Counted from the stretch's first letter, positions 9,661-19,122 are shown. The stretch: 64,000 nucleotides of DNA from Bacteroidales bacterium (GCA_024693285.1 JAILLE010000019.1:45701-109700); one strand, 5' to 3'. Numbers and translations are program-made. Notes: generated by a model from the sequence alone, not told the origin.

Positions 9661-10917
9661 GGGATGGGGAAAATAATGCTTCTCGCCTTGCTGGCGTTCC
9701 CGTTCGCCCTTTCGGGGCAAACGGTGCGGAGAGATATTCCCGAATTGGAGTTCGCCCACTTCGACCGTAACAAGATTGTCTTTTTGGGAGACAGCTCGGC
9801 CTTTGAGAAGGCTTTCGCCAAGATGGACGCTGCCGTGCTTACAGGTACGGGTAGTTTCAAAATAATGCATATAGGTGGTTCGCATGTGCAAGCTGGCACT
9901 TTGACCCGGCAATTCCGTAATGATCTTTTGTCGCTCGGTGCAAAGGATGGCGGCAGGGGAATGGTGTTCCCATTCACGGCCGCGAAGACAAACACCCCGA
10001 GCAGCTACCGTTCCAGATACGAGGGAGAATGGGAGGTCACAAAGAACACCACCCGTGATCTTCCGAGAAAGCTTGGATTGACTGGCATGGCTGTTTCCAC
10101 TAGCGATTCAATAGCTTCCGTCAGGATAGTCTTAAAAGCCAGAAACGCTGCCATTGATGAACCGGAGTTTCTTTTTGACAGATTGAATATTTTGGGGTAT
10201 TCATCTGAAGGAGAACGGTTTCCGATAGTTATCACTGATTCCGGAGACACTCTCCGAGGTGTGAGGAACGAAGAGACCGCATGCTGGTCTTACCTGCTGC
10301 CTGAAGCCCAGGATTCTGTCAAGGTGGCTGTGGCCGGGTCCGAGGGCACCCTGACTTTGACCGGAATATATCTCGACAATCCCACGCCCGGAATATCCGT
10401 GACCGGTATCGGGGTCAATGGTGCGGCTGTGCCTTCTTTCCTTCGTTGTGAGGACTTTGAGAGGGATCTAAGGATGGTGAATCCTGATATGGTGATATTC
10501 GCTATAGGTGTCAATGACGCTTCCGGGAAGAATTTCTCCCAGGATGAGTTTATTTCCCGATATAAGGTTTTGATTTCAAAGGTCAGGGCGGTCAATCCCG
10601 ATTGCGCTCTTCTCTTTGTAAGCAACAACGACACCTACAAGCGGGTTCGCAGGAGAGTTTATGCGGTCAACCGTAATGGTCTTGAAGCCCAGGAAGCTTT
10701 TTTCAGGCTGTGCTGCGAGAGCGGTGGTGGATTCTGGGATATGTTTGACATAATGGGTGGCCTTGAGTCCATGAAAAAATGGGAAGCGGCCGGACTGGCC
10801 AAACGGGATAAGATCCATTTCACCGACGAGGGATATGTGATCCTTGGGGATTTGCTATATAACGCGTTGATGGCCAAGTATATTGAACATTTGAGGAGAA
10901 AACCATGGATGGCTTGA
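9655..10917 (+). CDS. Second SGNH/GDSL-family protein (acetylesterase/acetyltransferase), secreted
   Basis: Signal peptide; HIGGSH block I variant, GVNGA, IGVND, DKIHF. The start could also be ATG 9664. Confidence 0.85.
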   Translation: MTGMGKIMLLALLAFPFALSGQTVRRDIPELEFAHFDRNKIVFLGDSSAFEKAFAKMDAAVLTGTGSFKIMHIGGSHVQAGTLTRQFRNDLLSLGAKDGGRGMVFPFTAAKTNTPSSYRSRYEGEWEVTKNTTRDLPRKLGLTGMAVSTSDSIASVRIVLKARNAAIDEPEFLFDRLNILGYSSEGERFPIVITDSGDTLRGVRNEETACWSYLLPEAQDSVKVAVAGSEGTLTLTGIYLDNPTPGISVTGIGVNGAAVPSFLRCEDFERDLRMVNPDMVIFAIGVNDASGKNFSQDEFISRYKVLISKVRAVNPDCALLFVSNNDTYKRVRRRVYAVNRNGLEAQEAFFRLCCESGGGFWDMFDIMGGLESMKKWEAAGLAKRDKIHFTDEGYVILGDLLYNALMAKYIEHLRRKPWMA

Positions 10918-12908
10918 GAGAGGTTTCGCTGCAGTTTCTGAGGGACCTGTTCTCCTTTGACCAGGCACACCCTCTGCTGTTCACCCAGTTTTACTTCTGG
11001 GCCTTCTTCGCCATTGTACTGGCTTTCTTGAGTTTCTTCAAGAATAAGGTGTTGATGAGGAACGCTTTCCTGTTCTTCGTCAGCTTGTTCTTCTATTACA
11101 AGACCAGCGGGTTGTTCCTGATGCTCCTGGGCTTCACGATAGTCTATAACTATTTCGCGGGGCGTTTGCTGCCGCATTGCAAGAAAGCGTTCTGGAGAAA
11201 CGTGGTGGTGGTCACAAGTGTCGTGGTGGATTTGTCGCTTTTGTGTTATTACAAGTACGCCTATTTCATCACGGATGTGGTCAACAACCTTTTCGGCACC
11301 TCGTTCGTGGTCAAAGATTGGATAGCCACTTTCGGCAATTCAGTGGTCGGCTCCCAGGCATTCAGCGTAGACTCCATCTTCCTTCCCGTCGGCATCTCCT
11401 TCTTCATTTTCCAGGCGATAAGCTACGTGGTTGACGTCTCTCGTGGCGTGGTTCCTGAGCCTGCCGAAGGACCGGCGGCAGAGGACTGCCGTCGAGCATT
11501 TGCCCGGATAGGGCGCAAAGCGCAGCGAGACGGCGGTCGCTCTGCCGCCTGGACAGAACAGCCGAAGCCCTCAAAGCATAAGTACGGCATCGAGCCGGTG
11601 CGGAACTTCCTGGATTTCGGTTTCTATCTCAGCTTCTTCCCGCAACTCGTCGCCGGACCTATCGTCAGGGCAAAAGAGTTTATACCCCAGTTGAGGAAGC
11701 CTTTCTTCCTTGGCCGGACCCAATTTGGTTTCGCAATATTCTGGATCCTGAACGGTCTTGCCAAGAAACTGATTCTCAGCGACTACCTTGCGGTCAATTT
11801 CTGTGACAGGGTGTTCGAGAATCCACTTCTGTACACCGGTTTCGAGAATCTGACAGCCTTGTTCGGATATTCCTTGCAGGTCTATGCCGACTTCTCCGGC
11901 TACACCGACATCGCCACTGGAGTCGCCATGCTGATGGGATTCTACCTCCCCAAGAACTTCAATTCCCCCTATAAGGCCAAGAACGCCGGAGAGTTCTGGA
12001 AAAGATGGCATATATCTCTCTCCAAATGGCTCCAGGATTATTTGTATATTCCTCTTGGAGGCAACCGCAACGGCACTTTCGGCTCCTACGCCATCATTCT
12101 CGGAATAGCCTTCCTGGCCTCCGCCCTTGCCGGAAGCTGGTGGGTTTTCGGCAGCGTGCTGGTCTTGACGGCCATAATCGCCAACCTGATCACATTCAAA
12201 AAGAGTTGGCGAAAAGAGCTGATCTCCGACATCAACAGGATGGACACCATGCTGCTAGGTGGTCTTTGGCACGGAGCGAGCTGGAACTTCATGATCTGGG
12301 GAGGTCTCAACGGGCTCGGAATGTTGATTTACCGCTTCTGGGCCAGTTGCAACGCTTATTTCAAGGTGGTTGTGATAGGGCTTATAGTCGTCGCTTTCGG
12401 TGCGTTGAGGCACTTCTTCGGCGCGCCGGTCTTCAACCTGTTCTTCTGGTGGACTATGATTATCCTCTTCGGTGCCGTTATCGGAATGATGTTCCATAAG
12501 TGCCGTAAAGGTAAGTTCATCAATTGGATAAGCGGCGCTTGGGCGGTACTCATGACCTTCATATTCATAACCTTCACTCGTCTTTTCTTCCGAAGCGGAT
12601 CCAACTTGGATCCGGCTGAAGCGAATGAGAAGGCTTGGAATACGGCGAAGAATATGGTTAACCAGATTGGAGGTTCCTGGGATTGGTCTCTGGTGCCCCA
12701 GATGGCATGGCAACATAGGAGTATAATAATCGTGTTCATCGTCGGAATGTTGATCCATTGGCTGCCCGACAATTTCAAGAGGCGTTACCGCATCTGGTTC
12801 GCCAAAATGCCTCTGGCTCTGATGGTTCTGGCTTGCGCCATAGCTGTCTTTATAATCTGCCAGTTCATCACGGCAGACCTCCAAAGTTTTATATATTTCC
12901 AATTCTAG
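10905..12908 (+). CDS. MBOAT family O-acyltransferase (AlgI/PatA/DltB-like)
   Basis: LPVGISFFIFQAISY, FFPQLVAGPIVRA, YADFSGYTD, FWKRWHISLSKWLQDYLYIPLGG, GLWHGA, C-terminal FIYFQF. Confidence 0.95.
   Translation: MDGLREVSLQFLRDLFSFDQAHPLLFTQFYFWAFFAIVLAFLSFFKNKVLMRNAFLFFVSLFFYYKTSGLFLMLLGFTIVYNYFAGRLLPHCKKAFWRNVVVVTSVVVDLSLLCYYKYAYFITDVVNNLFGTSFVVKDWIATFGNSVVGSQAFSVDSIFLPVGISFFIFQAISYVVDVSRGVVPEPAEGPAAEDCRRAFARIGRKAQRDGGRSAAWTEQPKPSKHKYGIEPVRNFLDFGFYLSFFPQLVAGPIVRAKEFIPQLRKPFFLGRTQFGFAIFWILNGLAKKLILSDYLAVNFCDRVFENPLLYTGFENLTALFGYSLQVYADFSGYTDIATGVAMLMGFYLPKNFNSPYKAKNAGEFWKRWHISLSKWLQDYLYIPLGGNRNGTFGSYAIILGIAFLASALAGSWWVFGSVLVLTAIIANLITFKKSWRKELISDINRMDTMLLGGLWHGASWNFMIWGGLNGLGMLIYRFWASCNAYFKVVVIGLIVVAFGALRHFFGAPVFNLFFWWTMIILFGAVIGMMFHKCRKGKFINWISGAWAVLMTFIFITFTRLFFRSGSNLDPAEANEKAWNTAKNMVNQIGGSWDWSLVPQMAWQHRSIIIVFIVGMLIHWLPDNFKRRYRIWFAKMPLALMVLACAIAVFIICQFITADLQSFIYFQF
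11450..11549. repeat. Intragenic REP-like copy followed by a long stem-loop element, inside the MBOAT gene
   Basis: GGTTCCTGAGCCTGCCGAAGGACC (11450-11473) resembles 13701-13729. It is followed by inverted-repeat arms GGCGGCAGAGGACTGCCGTC (11474-11493) and GACGGCGGTCGCTCTGCCGCC (11529-11549). Confidence 0.8.
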
Positions 12909-12921
12909 GGATTGTTGCTTT

Positions 12922-13045
12922 AAAAGATAGACAGTCCTCTCCAGAACCCGTGGCCACCCTCGGCCTCGTAAGATGGAGGGGCCCATCGCCGCGGCGATGG
13001 GAGGGGCCGCGAAGCGGCGGTTCTGGAAAGGACTGTCTATCTTTT
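12922..13045. mobile_element. MITE-like structured element with 27-bp terminal inverted repeats (may also act as a terminator)
   Basis: AAAAGATAGACAGTCCTCTCCAGAACC (12922-12948) pairs with 13019-13045 with one mismatch; internal perfect 20-bp palindrome at 12982-13001 and a GCCGC-GAA-GCGGC hairpin. Confidence 0.6.
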
Positions 13046-13089
13046 TTGTCAAGAATTTCGTATATTGCAAACAGTAATGATTGTGTTAT

Positions 13090-13584
13090 ATGAGAGTCAA
13101 AATCATTATCGCGATATCAGTTTTATTTTACTGTTTGGTGGCTGCCGGGCAAGAACAACCGGACATCAAGGCCGATAAATACATTGATTTCGAAGTTGTC
13201 CAGCCGGACGGTCAAACGGTGAAACTGTCGGATTTTGTGGGGAAAGGCAAATACATCCTGGTTGATTTCTGGGCCTCATGGTGCGGACCTTGCCGGGAGG
13301 AAATCCCTCATTTAAAGGACATTTGGTACGAGTTCAAGGGAGAAAAATTCGACATCGTCGGAGCTCCCGTTTTCGACAAAGCCAAGAACACATTGGATGC
13401 TGTTGAGGAGTTCAAGATTCCTTGGAAACAGATTCTGGATGTTCCCGAATCTGTCCCGGAGTCATATGGATTCGATTATATTCCTTACATCATTCTTATC
13501 GGCCCCGATGGGACAATATTGGAGAGAGATCTCCGTGGGGAAGCCGTTCGGGCCGCTGTAAAGAAATATCTAATAACCAAATAA
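13090..13584 (+). CDS. TlpA/ResA-like thiol-disulfide oxidoreductase
   Basis: Signal peptide; LVDFWASWCGPC redox motif; ATG 13090 preferred over TTG 13081. Confidence 0.92.
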   Translation: MRVKIIIAISVLFYCLVAAGQEQPDIKADKYIDFEVVQPDGQTVKLSDFVGKGKYILVDFWASWCGPCREEIPHLKDIWYEFKGEKFDIVGAPVFDKAKNTLDAVEEFKIPWKQILDVPESVPESYGFDYIPYIILIGPDGTILERDLRGEAVRAAVKKYLITK

Positions 13585-13586
13585 TT

Positions 13587-14951
13587 ATGAAAAGAAGAAC
13601 ATTCATTAAGGATTCGGCTATACTGGTAGCTGCGGCCGGAGCCGGAAATGTGTTGAAGGGTGCGGAGAGATCCTTCGACAATCTCAGGATGACAGACCCT
13701 TCGGTCCCTGAGCCTGTCGAAGGGACCGACAATGTTGAGGGTAAACTGATCACATCGGCCCCGATGCTTCAGAACTATTCCGAGAACTCAATTGGTGTGG
13801 CTTTCGCTGTGGGAGCCTTGGCCAATGGATATGTTCTAATTAGCGAGAATCCGGACATGTCCGGCGCCAGGAAGATAAAATGCGGTGGCTATCGTCTGAC
13901 GGAATTGAGTGACAAAGTTAGCCAAATCAGGGTTACAGGACTTAAACCGGCCACAAAATATTACTATAAGATCGGCGCCGACCGTATCCATTACGGCGGT
14001 GGTTACGACATGAAAATACTTGGTAATGAGGAAGATCCGAGATTATATAACTTCACTACCGCCGGCAAAGAAGCGAAGGGTCATTTCTGCGTGATCAACG
14101 ACACCCATGTCCGTTGGGACGCGATCGATAAAACCATAGCCAAGGTTAATTCTCTTGCCCCGAGTTGCGTGATATGGAATGGAGACGCCTCCAACACACA
14201 GGAAACCATTGAGAGTCAGGTGGAAATATTCCTTGATCCAAAGATTTCCACCAAGGATTACGCGTCTTTCACGCCTTATCTCTTCAGTCCTGGTAACCAT
14301 GATTCCAGAGGTATGGCTAACCGCCATCTGGAGAAGGTTTGGATGTTCCGTCAACCGGAGGAGAGGAATTCGAGGGATTGGGATCTCGGTCGTAATTTCG
14401 CTGTCAGGATGGGCGATATCGCCCTGATCGGCTTGGATACCGCTGAAGACAAGATGGACACCAACCCGCTTTTTGCCGGTCTGTTCAACAGCGACGCTTA
14501 TCGCCGCGCCCAGGTGGCATGGCTCCAGGATGCTTTGAAGCGAAAGGATATAGCCAAGGCGCCCTTCCTGGTGGCCTTCTGCCATATTCCTTTGTTCGAT
14601 TCAAGACCCACCTCCAATCCTGGCGATGTGGCTCCGGACGACAAGGATCCGAAGTACACACATGATTTCGCTATCTGGCAGCGCACCTGCTCGCAGCTTT
14701 GGACACCTCTTTTGGAAAAAGCCCATTGCCAGTTGATTATCACCGCCCATGAGCATACCTATCGACGTGACGATCCCACCCCGGGAAGAAGCTGGACACA
14801 GCTTGTCGGAGGAGGTCCTAGATTGGAAGAGGATCATTTCCCGACGGTGATCGAAGGAAAGGTGGAGAACGGCAAGTTGAACATCACTGTCCATAACGTC
14901 TTGACCGGACAGGTTCAAGACTCCATAACTTTTTCGCCCAGAAAGCGTTAG
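13587..14951 (+). CDS. Purple-acid-phosphatase-like metallophosphoesterase with Tat-type signal
   Basis: MKRRTFIK twin-arginine leader; FN3-like GLKPATKYYY; NDTH, NGD, GNHD, HIP and HEH metal motifs. Confidence 0.85.
   Translation: MKRRTFIKDSAILVAAAGAGNVLKGAERSFDNLRMTDPSVPEPVEGTDNVEGKLITSAPMLQNYSENSIGVAFAVGALANGYVLISENPDMSGARKIKCGGYRLTELSDKVSQIRVTGLKPATKYYYKIGADRIHYGGGYDMKILGNEEDPRLYNFTTAGKEAKGHFCVINDTHVRWDAIDKTIAKVNSLAPSCVIWNGDASNTQETIESQVEIFLDPKISTKDYASFTPYLFSPGNHDSRGMANRHLEKVWMFRQPEERNSRDWDLGRNFAVRMGDIALIGLDTAEDKMDTNPLFAGLFNSDAYRRAQVAWLQDALKRKDIAKAPFLVAFCHIPLFDSRPTSNPGDVAPDDKDPKYTHDFAIWQRTCSQLWTPLLEKAHCQLIITAHEHTYRRDDPTPGRSWTQLVGGGPRLEEDHFPTVIEGKVENGKLNITVHNVLTGQVQDSITFSPRKR
13668..13729. 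repeat. Inverted pair of REP-like repeats inside the phosphoesterase gene
   Basis: AGATCCTTCGACAATCTCAGGATGACA (13668-13694) and TCGGTCCCTGAGCCTGTCGAAGGGACCGA (13701-13729). Confidence 0.85.
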
Positions 14952-14954
14952 ACA

Positions 14955-17300
14955 ATGAATAGATTCTTTAAGCTGATATTCCTGGCGGCGGCTCTGTCGT
15001 CAGGAATATCTTTTGTCGCTTGCGGCGGGGAACGTCTCGTCGATTATGTTGAGCCAAGGATAGGTACCGCCCATTGCCGTTATTTCCATTTCGCCCCAGG
15101 CTCGCTCCCTTTCGGCATGGCAAAGCCAGGCCCTTCGACCAATGGCCATCTTGGGAATAAATCAGGCTGGGAAGCTACCGGTTATGATTATCGGGACGGC
15201 TCTATTGAGGGTTTCCCGTGCGCTCATGAGTTCCAGGTGGGTGGAATAACCCTTATGGCTACCCGCGGAGGGGATACTCCTGTCACGATACCAGGAAGGC
15301 CTGACGGGACAGGTCCGAAAGGTTACCGCTCGGCGTTCAGTCACGAAGAGGAAATCGCCATGCCGGGGTACTATTCAGTACTCTTGAAAGACTATGGCAT
15401 CAAAGCGGAACTAACTGCTACTGAGAGGGTGGCATATCAAAGATTCACATTCCCGGACGATTCATACAGCCGTGTGATATTCAATATCGGGAGCCGGATG
15501 GGAGAGAGCGGAGCGGTCAAAGATGCCAATGTGGAGATTCTTCCCGACGGAACCGTCGAGGGCTGGGTTATCACTCTTCCCGAATATGTCAAGAAATACC
15601 AACCGGGTGCCGAGGTGCCGATTTATTTCTCGGCTGTTTTGGACAAGACCCCTTCCAAAACATGGGCTTTCAATGGAGCGGATTGCCACGAAGGGGATAA
15701 GGCAAATGGAATAGGAGCGGGGCTATGCCTTGAGTTCGGAACCTCCGAGAATGAGGCGGTGACTGTGAAGGTCGGAATCTCCTTTACCTCAGTGAGTAAC
15801 GCTCGCTTGAACCGGGAAACCGAGTCCGGGAACCTGTCTTTTGACAAGGCTAAGAAAAAGGCGGTCAAGACATGGGAAGACTATCTTGGAAGAATCCGGG
15901 TCAAGACGGATGTGAGGGAAGACAAGGTCAAGTTCTACACGGGTCTTTATCATGCCTTGCTTGGCCGAGGGGTCTGCAGCGACATAAATGGAGCATATCC
16001 GAAACATGACGGATCGATCGGCCAGATTCCCTTGAAGAACGGCAATCCTGAGTTCAGGCTTTACAACACCGATGGCATCTGGGGAGGGCAATGGAACCTT
16101 GTGCAGCTTTGGGCGATGGCCTATCCGGAGCATTTGTCTGAATATATCACCTCCCATTTGCAAGTATTCAAGGATAGCGGATGGCTGGGTGACGGACTGG
16201 CTAATTCGAGATATGTCTCTGGAGTCGGCACCAACCTGTTGTCACTTGTCGTAGCCGCGGCCTACGAGTGCGGCATCCGGGATTTCGACATTGATTTGGG
16301 TTACGAGGCCTGCCGTAAAAACGAGTTGGAAGGGGAGGACCGGCCCCTCGGGGCCGGCAAATCCGACACCGACCAATTTGTTCGCTATGGATATGTGCCT
16401 CATCTTGAGGCTGGAGCGGGACCTGATGAGACATTTATGTTCAGTGCCTCCCATACTTTGGAATACTCTTATTCGGCATACGCTGTCGCCCAGCTTGCCC
16501 GCCAGCTTGGGCATCAGGCTGATTATGAGCTGCTGACGAAATTGTCTAAAGGTTGGGAACATATCTACGACGATGATCTTGACCTGGTCCGTCCTAAGCT
16601 TGCCGACGGCCGTTTCATTGATAATTTCGACCCGATGCAAGTTTGGAGAGGTTTCCAGGAAGGAAACGCTTGGCAGTACACGTTCTATGTCCCGCATGAT
16701 GTGGACGCGCTTGTCGGCAAAGTGGGTCCTGAGGTGTTCAACGAGCGTTTGGACAGCATATTCACACTCTCCAGACCGAAGATATTCAGTGGCGGAACTG
16801 TAGTTGAGGCATTTGCCGGTCTGAGGACGCTATATAACCACGGCAACCAGCCTTGCCTCCATATCTCTTGGCTTTTCAATGATGCCGGACGGCCGTCCTT
16901 GACGCAAAAATGGGTCCGGGCTATACTTGACGAGTTCTACGGTACCGATGGCATCCACGGCTACGGTTATGGTCAGGATGAGGACCAGGGCCAGCTCGGG
17001 GCATGGTACGTGATGTCATCCCTTGGACTTTTCGATGTCGGTGGCCTTACGGCCGAAGACCCTTCTTTCGGGATCGGCTCGCCCTTGTTCGACAAGGTGA
17101 CATTCCGGCTGAACCGGGACTACTTCAAAGGGAGGAAGTTCAAGATGGACATGAAAGGAAACTCAAAGCGGAATATATACGTTAAAGAGTTTTCCCTCAA
17201 TGGGAAAGCACTTCATCGTACCAGACTTCAGTTCCGGGATTTCGCTAAGGGTGGACATGTTAGGATGACAATGTCCGACACCCCTTCAGACAATTATTGA
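14955..17300 (+). CDS. GH92 alpha-mannosidase family lipoprotein
   Basis: VDYVEPRIGT, PFGMAK, AELTATER, FYTGLYH, TLEYSY, FQEGNAWQYTFYVPHD, HGNQP, DEDQGQLGAWY. Confidence 0.93.
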   Translation: MNRFFKLIFLAAALSSGISFVACGGERLVDYVEPRIGTAHCRYFHFAPGSLPFGMAKPGPSTNGHLGNKSGWEATGYDYRDGSIEGFPCAHEFQVGGITLMATRGGDTPVTIPGRPDGTGPKGYRSAFSHEEEIAMPGYYSVLLKDYGIKAELTATERVAYQRFTFPDDSYSRVIFNIGSRMGESGAVKDANVEILPDGTVEGWVITLPEYVKKYQPGAEVPIYFSAVLDKTPSKTWAFNGADCHEGDKANGIGAGLCLEFGTSENEAVTVKVGISFTSVSNARLNRETESGNLSFDKAKKKAVKTWEDYLGRIRVKTDVREDKVKFYTGLYHALLGRGVCSDINGAYPKHDGSIGQIPLKNGNPEFRLYNTDGIWGGQWNLVQLWAMAYPEHLSEYITSHLQVFKDSGWLGDGLANSRYVSGVGTNLLSLVVAAAYECGIRDFDIDLGYEACRKNELEGEDRPLGAGKSDTDQFVRYGYVPHLEAGAGPDETFMFSASHTLEYSYSAYAVAQLARQLGHQADYELLTKLSKGWEHIYDDDLDLVRPKLADGRFIDNFDPMQVWRGFQEGNAWQYTFYVPHDVDALVGKVGPEVFNERLDSIFTLSRPKIFSGGTVVEAFAGLRTLYNHGNQPCLHISWLFNDAGRPSLTQKWVRAILDEFYGTDGIHGYGYGQDEDQGQLGAWYVMSSLGLFDVGGLTAEDPSFGIGSPLFDKVTFRLNRDYFKGRKFKMDMKGNSKRNIYVKEFSLNGKALHRTRLQFRDFAKGGHVRMTMSDTPSDNY

Positions 17301-17304
17301 CAGG

Positions 17305-19122
17305 CTACTCGTCCGAGATTTTGCAATCTCCGGCATCCAAGGCCTTCAGAGCCTTCATGAGCTCTTCCGCCTCTTCCTTTTCATGGAAAGGACCGGCTTT
17401 GAATACCACAGATCCGTTCTCCACACTTTTGGCGACATCGGCTCCGGCTTTTCTGAAAACCTCCATCGCACCCTCCGGAAGTGACTGACCATTAGATGGA
17501 TAGAACACCACGGTGTACAATCTGTCGTTTTCGAGTTTCCGGGCGTTGTTGGCGCTGATTTGCTCACCGTCCTTATAGGCTCTGATCTCTGCCGTACGGA
17601 ACCCTTGCTTTTTGACTTTGTTGAGATTGGCGAGGGCGTCGGCGTAAGTCCTGAACAAGCCTACAGAGCAGATGTATTTGCCTCCCGACTGTCTCTCAAA
17701 GACCGGACTTAGACCCTTTATGTCAGCGATCGTGGCCTTTCGGGACTGGGTGAACATCTGGATCTGGTAGATTATGCCCTCGGGGAGTTTGTTGTTCTCC
17801 GCGAACCTGCCTTCGGGGAGGATCATGAATGAATAATCAAACTTTTTCTCAGGCTCCCTGATAGCCAATTTCGGCGCCGGCCCGTAACTGTGACGTGTGA
17901 ATCTGACAATTGATGGCCTCCTTGCCACCTCGTTTTCCGCACGTTCCTGCAATTTACTGACATCCAAGACGATACCATTAGCAAGAAACTCCATCTCCAA
18001 AGCCTGGAGACCTTTGACGGCTTTTTGGAGAGCGTCGTTTAGCGATGGAAACTGAAGTTCTTTCGCCAAGATCTCCTCCGACAGAGCGGCCTTTCTTTCA
18101 TCGCTTGCGGAAGAATATTCGCTCCTGAGCGCTTCCAGGCCCTTGTTGAATCTTGAGACAGAGTCCCGTAAGGAACGGACCTCTTTCATTTTCTCCATAT
18201 AACGCTTGGCCTCTTCTCCAGTGTTGTCATCGTTTGATCTTTCAATACTGCCTGGGTCAAGGACGGGGAACAAGCTGGACAATGCCCTCAAGTCTCTCAC
18301 ATCCATGATGGCCTCACGCACGGGCATGCCGTCATATTCAATCACATAGACACAAACACTGTCTTTCGAGCAGGACCTGTTAGAGGCGAAGATCGAGAAC
18401 CGTCCGTCTGCCGTGTTCATGAACAGGAAATCGTCATGAGGAGAAGAATACGGGAACCCCATGTTGACCGGGACGTCCCAGTCCCCAGTCTCAGGATTCC
18501 ATTTCGAGACATACAAGTCATATCCTCCTACTCCATAAAGTCCCTTTGATGCGAAATACATCGACTCCCCATCAGGAGAGAGCATGGGATAAATCTCGTC
18601 AGAGGAGCTGGTTAACTGCTCATTGATAAGGGTCGGAGCAGTCCACATCGAGTCGGCCAATGAGGTTCTGTAGATATTTCGGATACCCTCGTCGTCAGCC
18701 GCGGAATAGTAGATGTCTTTTGCTCCTTCCGGATAATAGACAGCCTGGGCCAGGCCATCTCCGCCTTTGGGATCCAGCTGGTTGGGTGACTTGCGCCAAC
18801 TGTTGTCTTCCAGAGGGTAAAATAGGAGGAAATCCTTAAGTGGGAAAGTCCTTCTGGCCACAACTACAGGCCTGCTGCAGAACTCCATCATCTTCTGCCC
18901 ATTCTTGCTCATGATACTCAGGTCTTCGACTTTGTCGATGGCGGTGGAATCGAGTTCCACAACTTGCCGGCAAAACTCATCCGCAAGTATGAAATCATAA
19001 GCCAACCTGGCAGAGTCAGCTTTAGCGATCAGTCTGTCTATGGTAGTCTGTGATCCCGCTAATTGGCAGATGGCGAGCAGGATCAAGGTTATCAGCGAAG
19101 TGTCAAAAAATCTCTTTCTCAT
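17305..19122 (-). CDS. Secreted protein with PD40 (WD40-like) repeats, a coiled coil and C-terminal SPOR-like domains
   Basis: YPMLSPDGESMYFASKG..GGYDLY..PVNMGFPYSS repeats; YQIQM...VGLFRTYADA...GFRTA and KAGPF SPOR-like segments. Confidence 0.7.
   Translation of the reverse strand: MRKRFFDTSLITLILLAICQLAGSQTTIDRLIAKADSARLAYDFILADEFCRQVVELDSTAIDKVEDLSIMSKNGQKMMEFCSRPVVVARRTFPLKDFLLFYPLEDNSWRKSPNQLDPKGGDGLAQAVYYPEGAKDIYYSAADDEGIRNIYRTSLADSMWTAPTLINEQLTSSSDEIYPMLSPDGESMYFASKGLYGVGGYDLYVSKWNPETGDWDVPVNMGFPYSSPHDDFLFMNTADGRFSIFASNRSCSKDSVCVYVIEYDGMPVREAIMDVRDLRALSSLFPVLDPGSIERSNDDNTGEEAKRYMEKMKEVRSLRDSVSRFNKGLEALRSEYSSASDERKAALSEEILAKELQFPSLNDALQKAVKGLQALEMEFLANGIVLDVSKLQERAENEVARRPSIVRFTRHSYGPAPKLAIREPEKKFDYSFMILPEGRFAENNKLPEGIIYQIQMFTQSRKATIADIKGLSPVFERQSGGKYICSVGLFRTYADALANLNKVKKQGFRTAEIRAYKDGEQISANNARKLENDRLYTVVFYPSNGQSLPEGAMEVFRKAGADVAKSVENGSVVFKAGPFHEKEEAEELMKALKALDAGDCKISDE

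Noticed and set aside
12255-13070. 271-aa minus-strand ORF spanning the MBOAT end and the MITE-like element, considered as a possible transposase
   Set aside because: Mostly antisense to the MBOAT; no DDE or HUH motifs.
9634-13729. Repeats considered as a CRISPR array
   Set aside because: Copies are dispersed, in both orientations, with no regular spacers and no cas genes.
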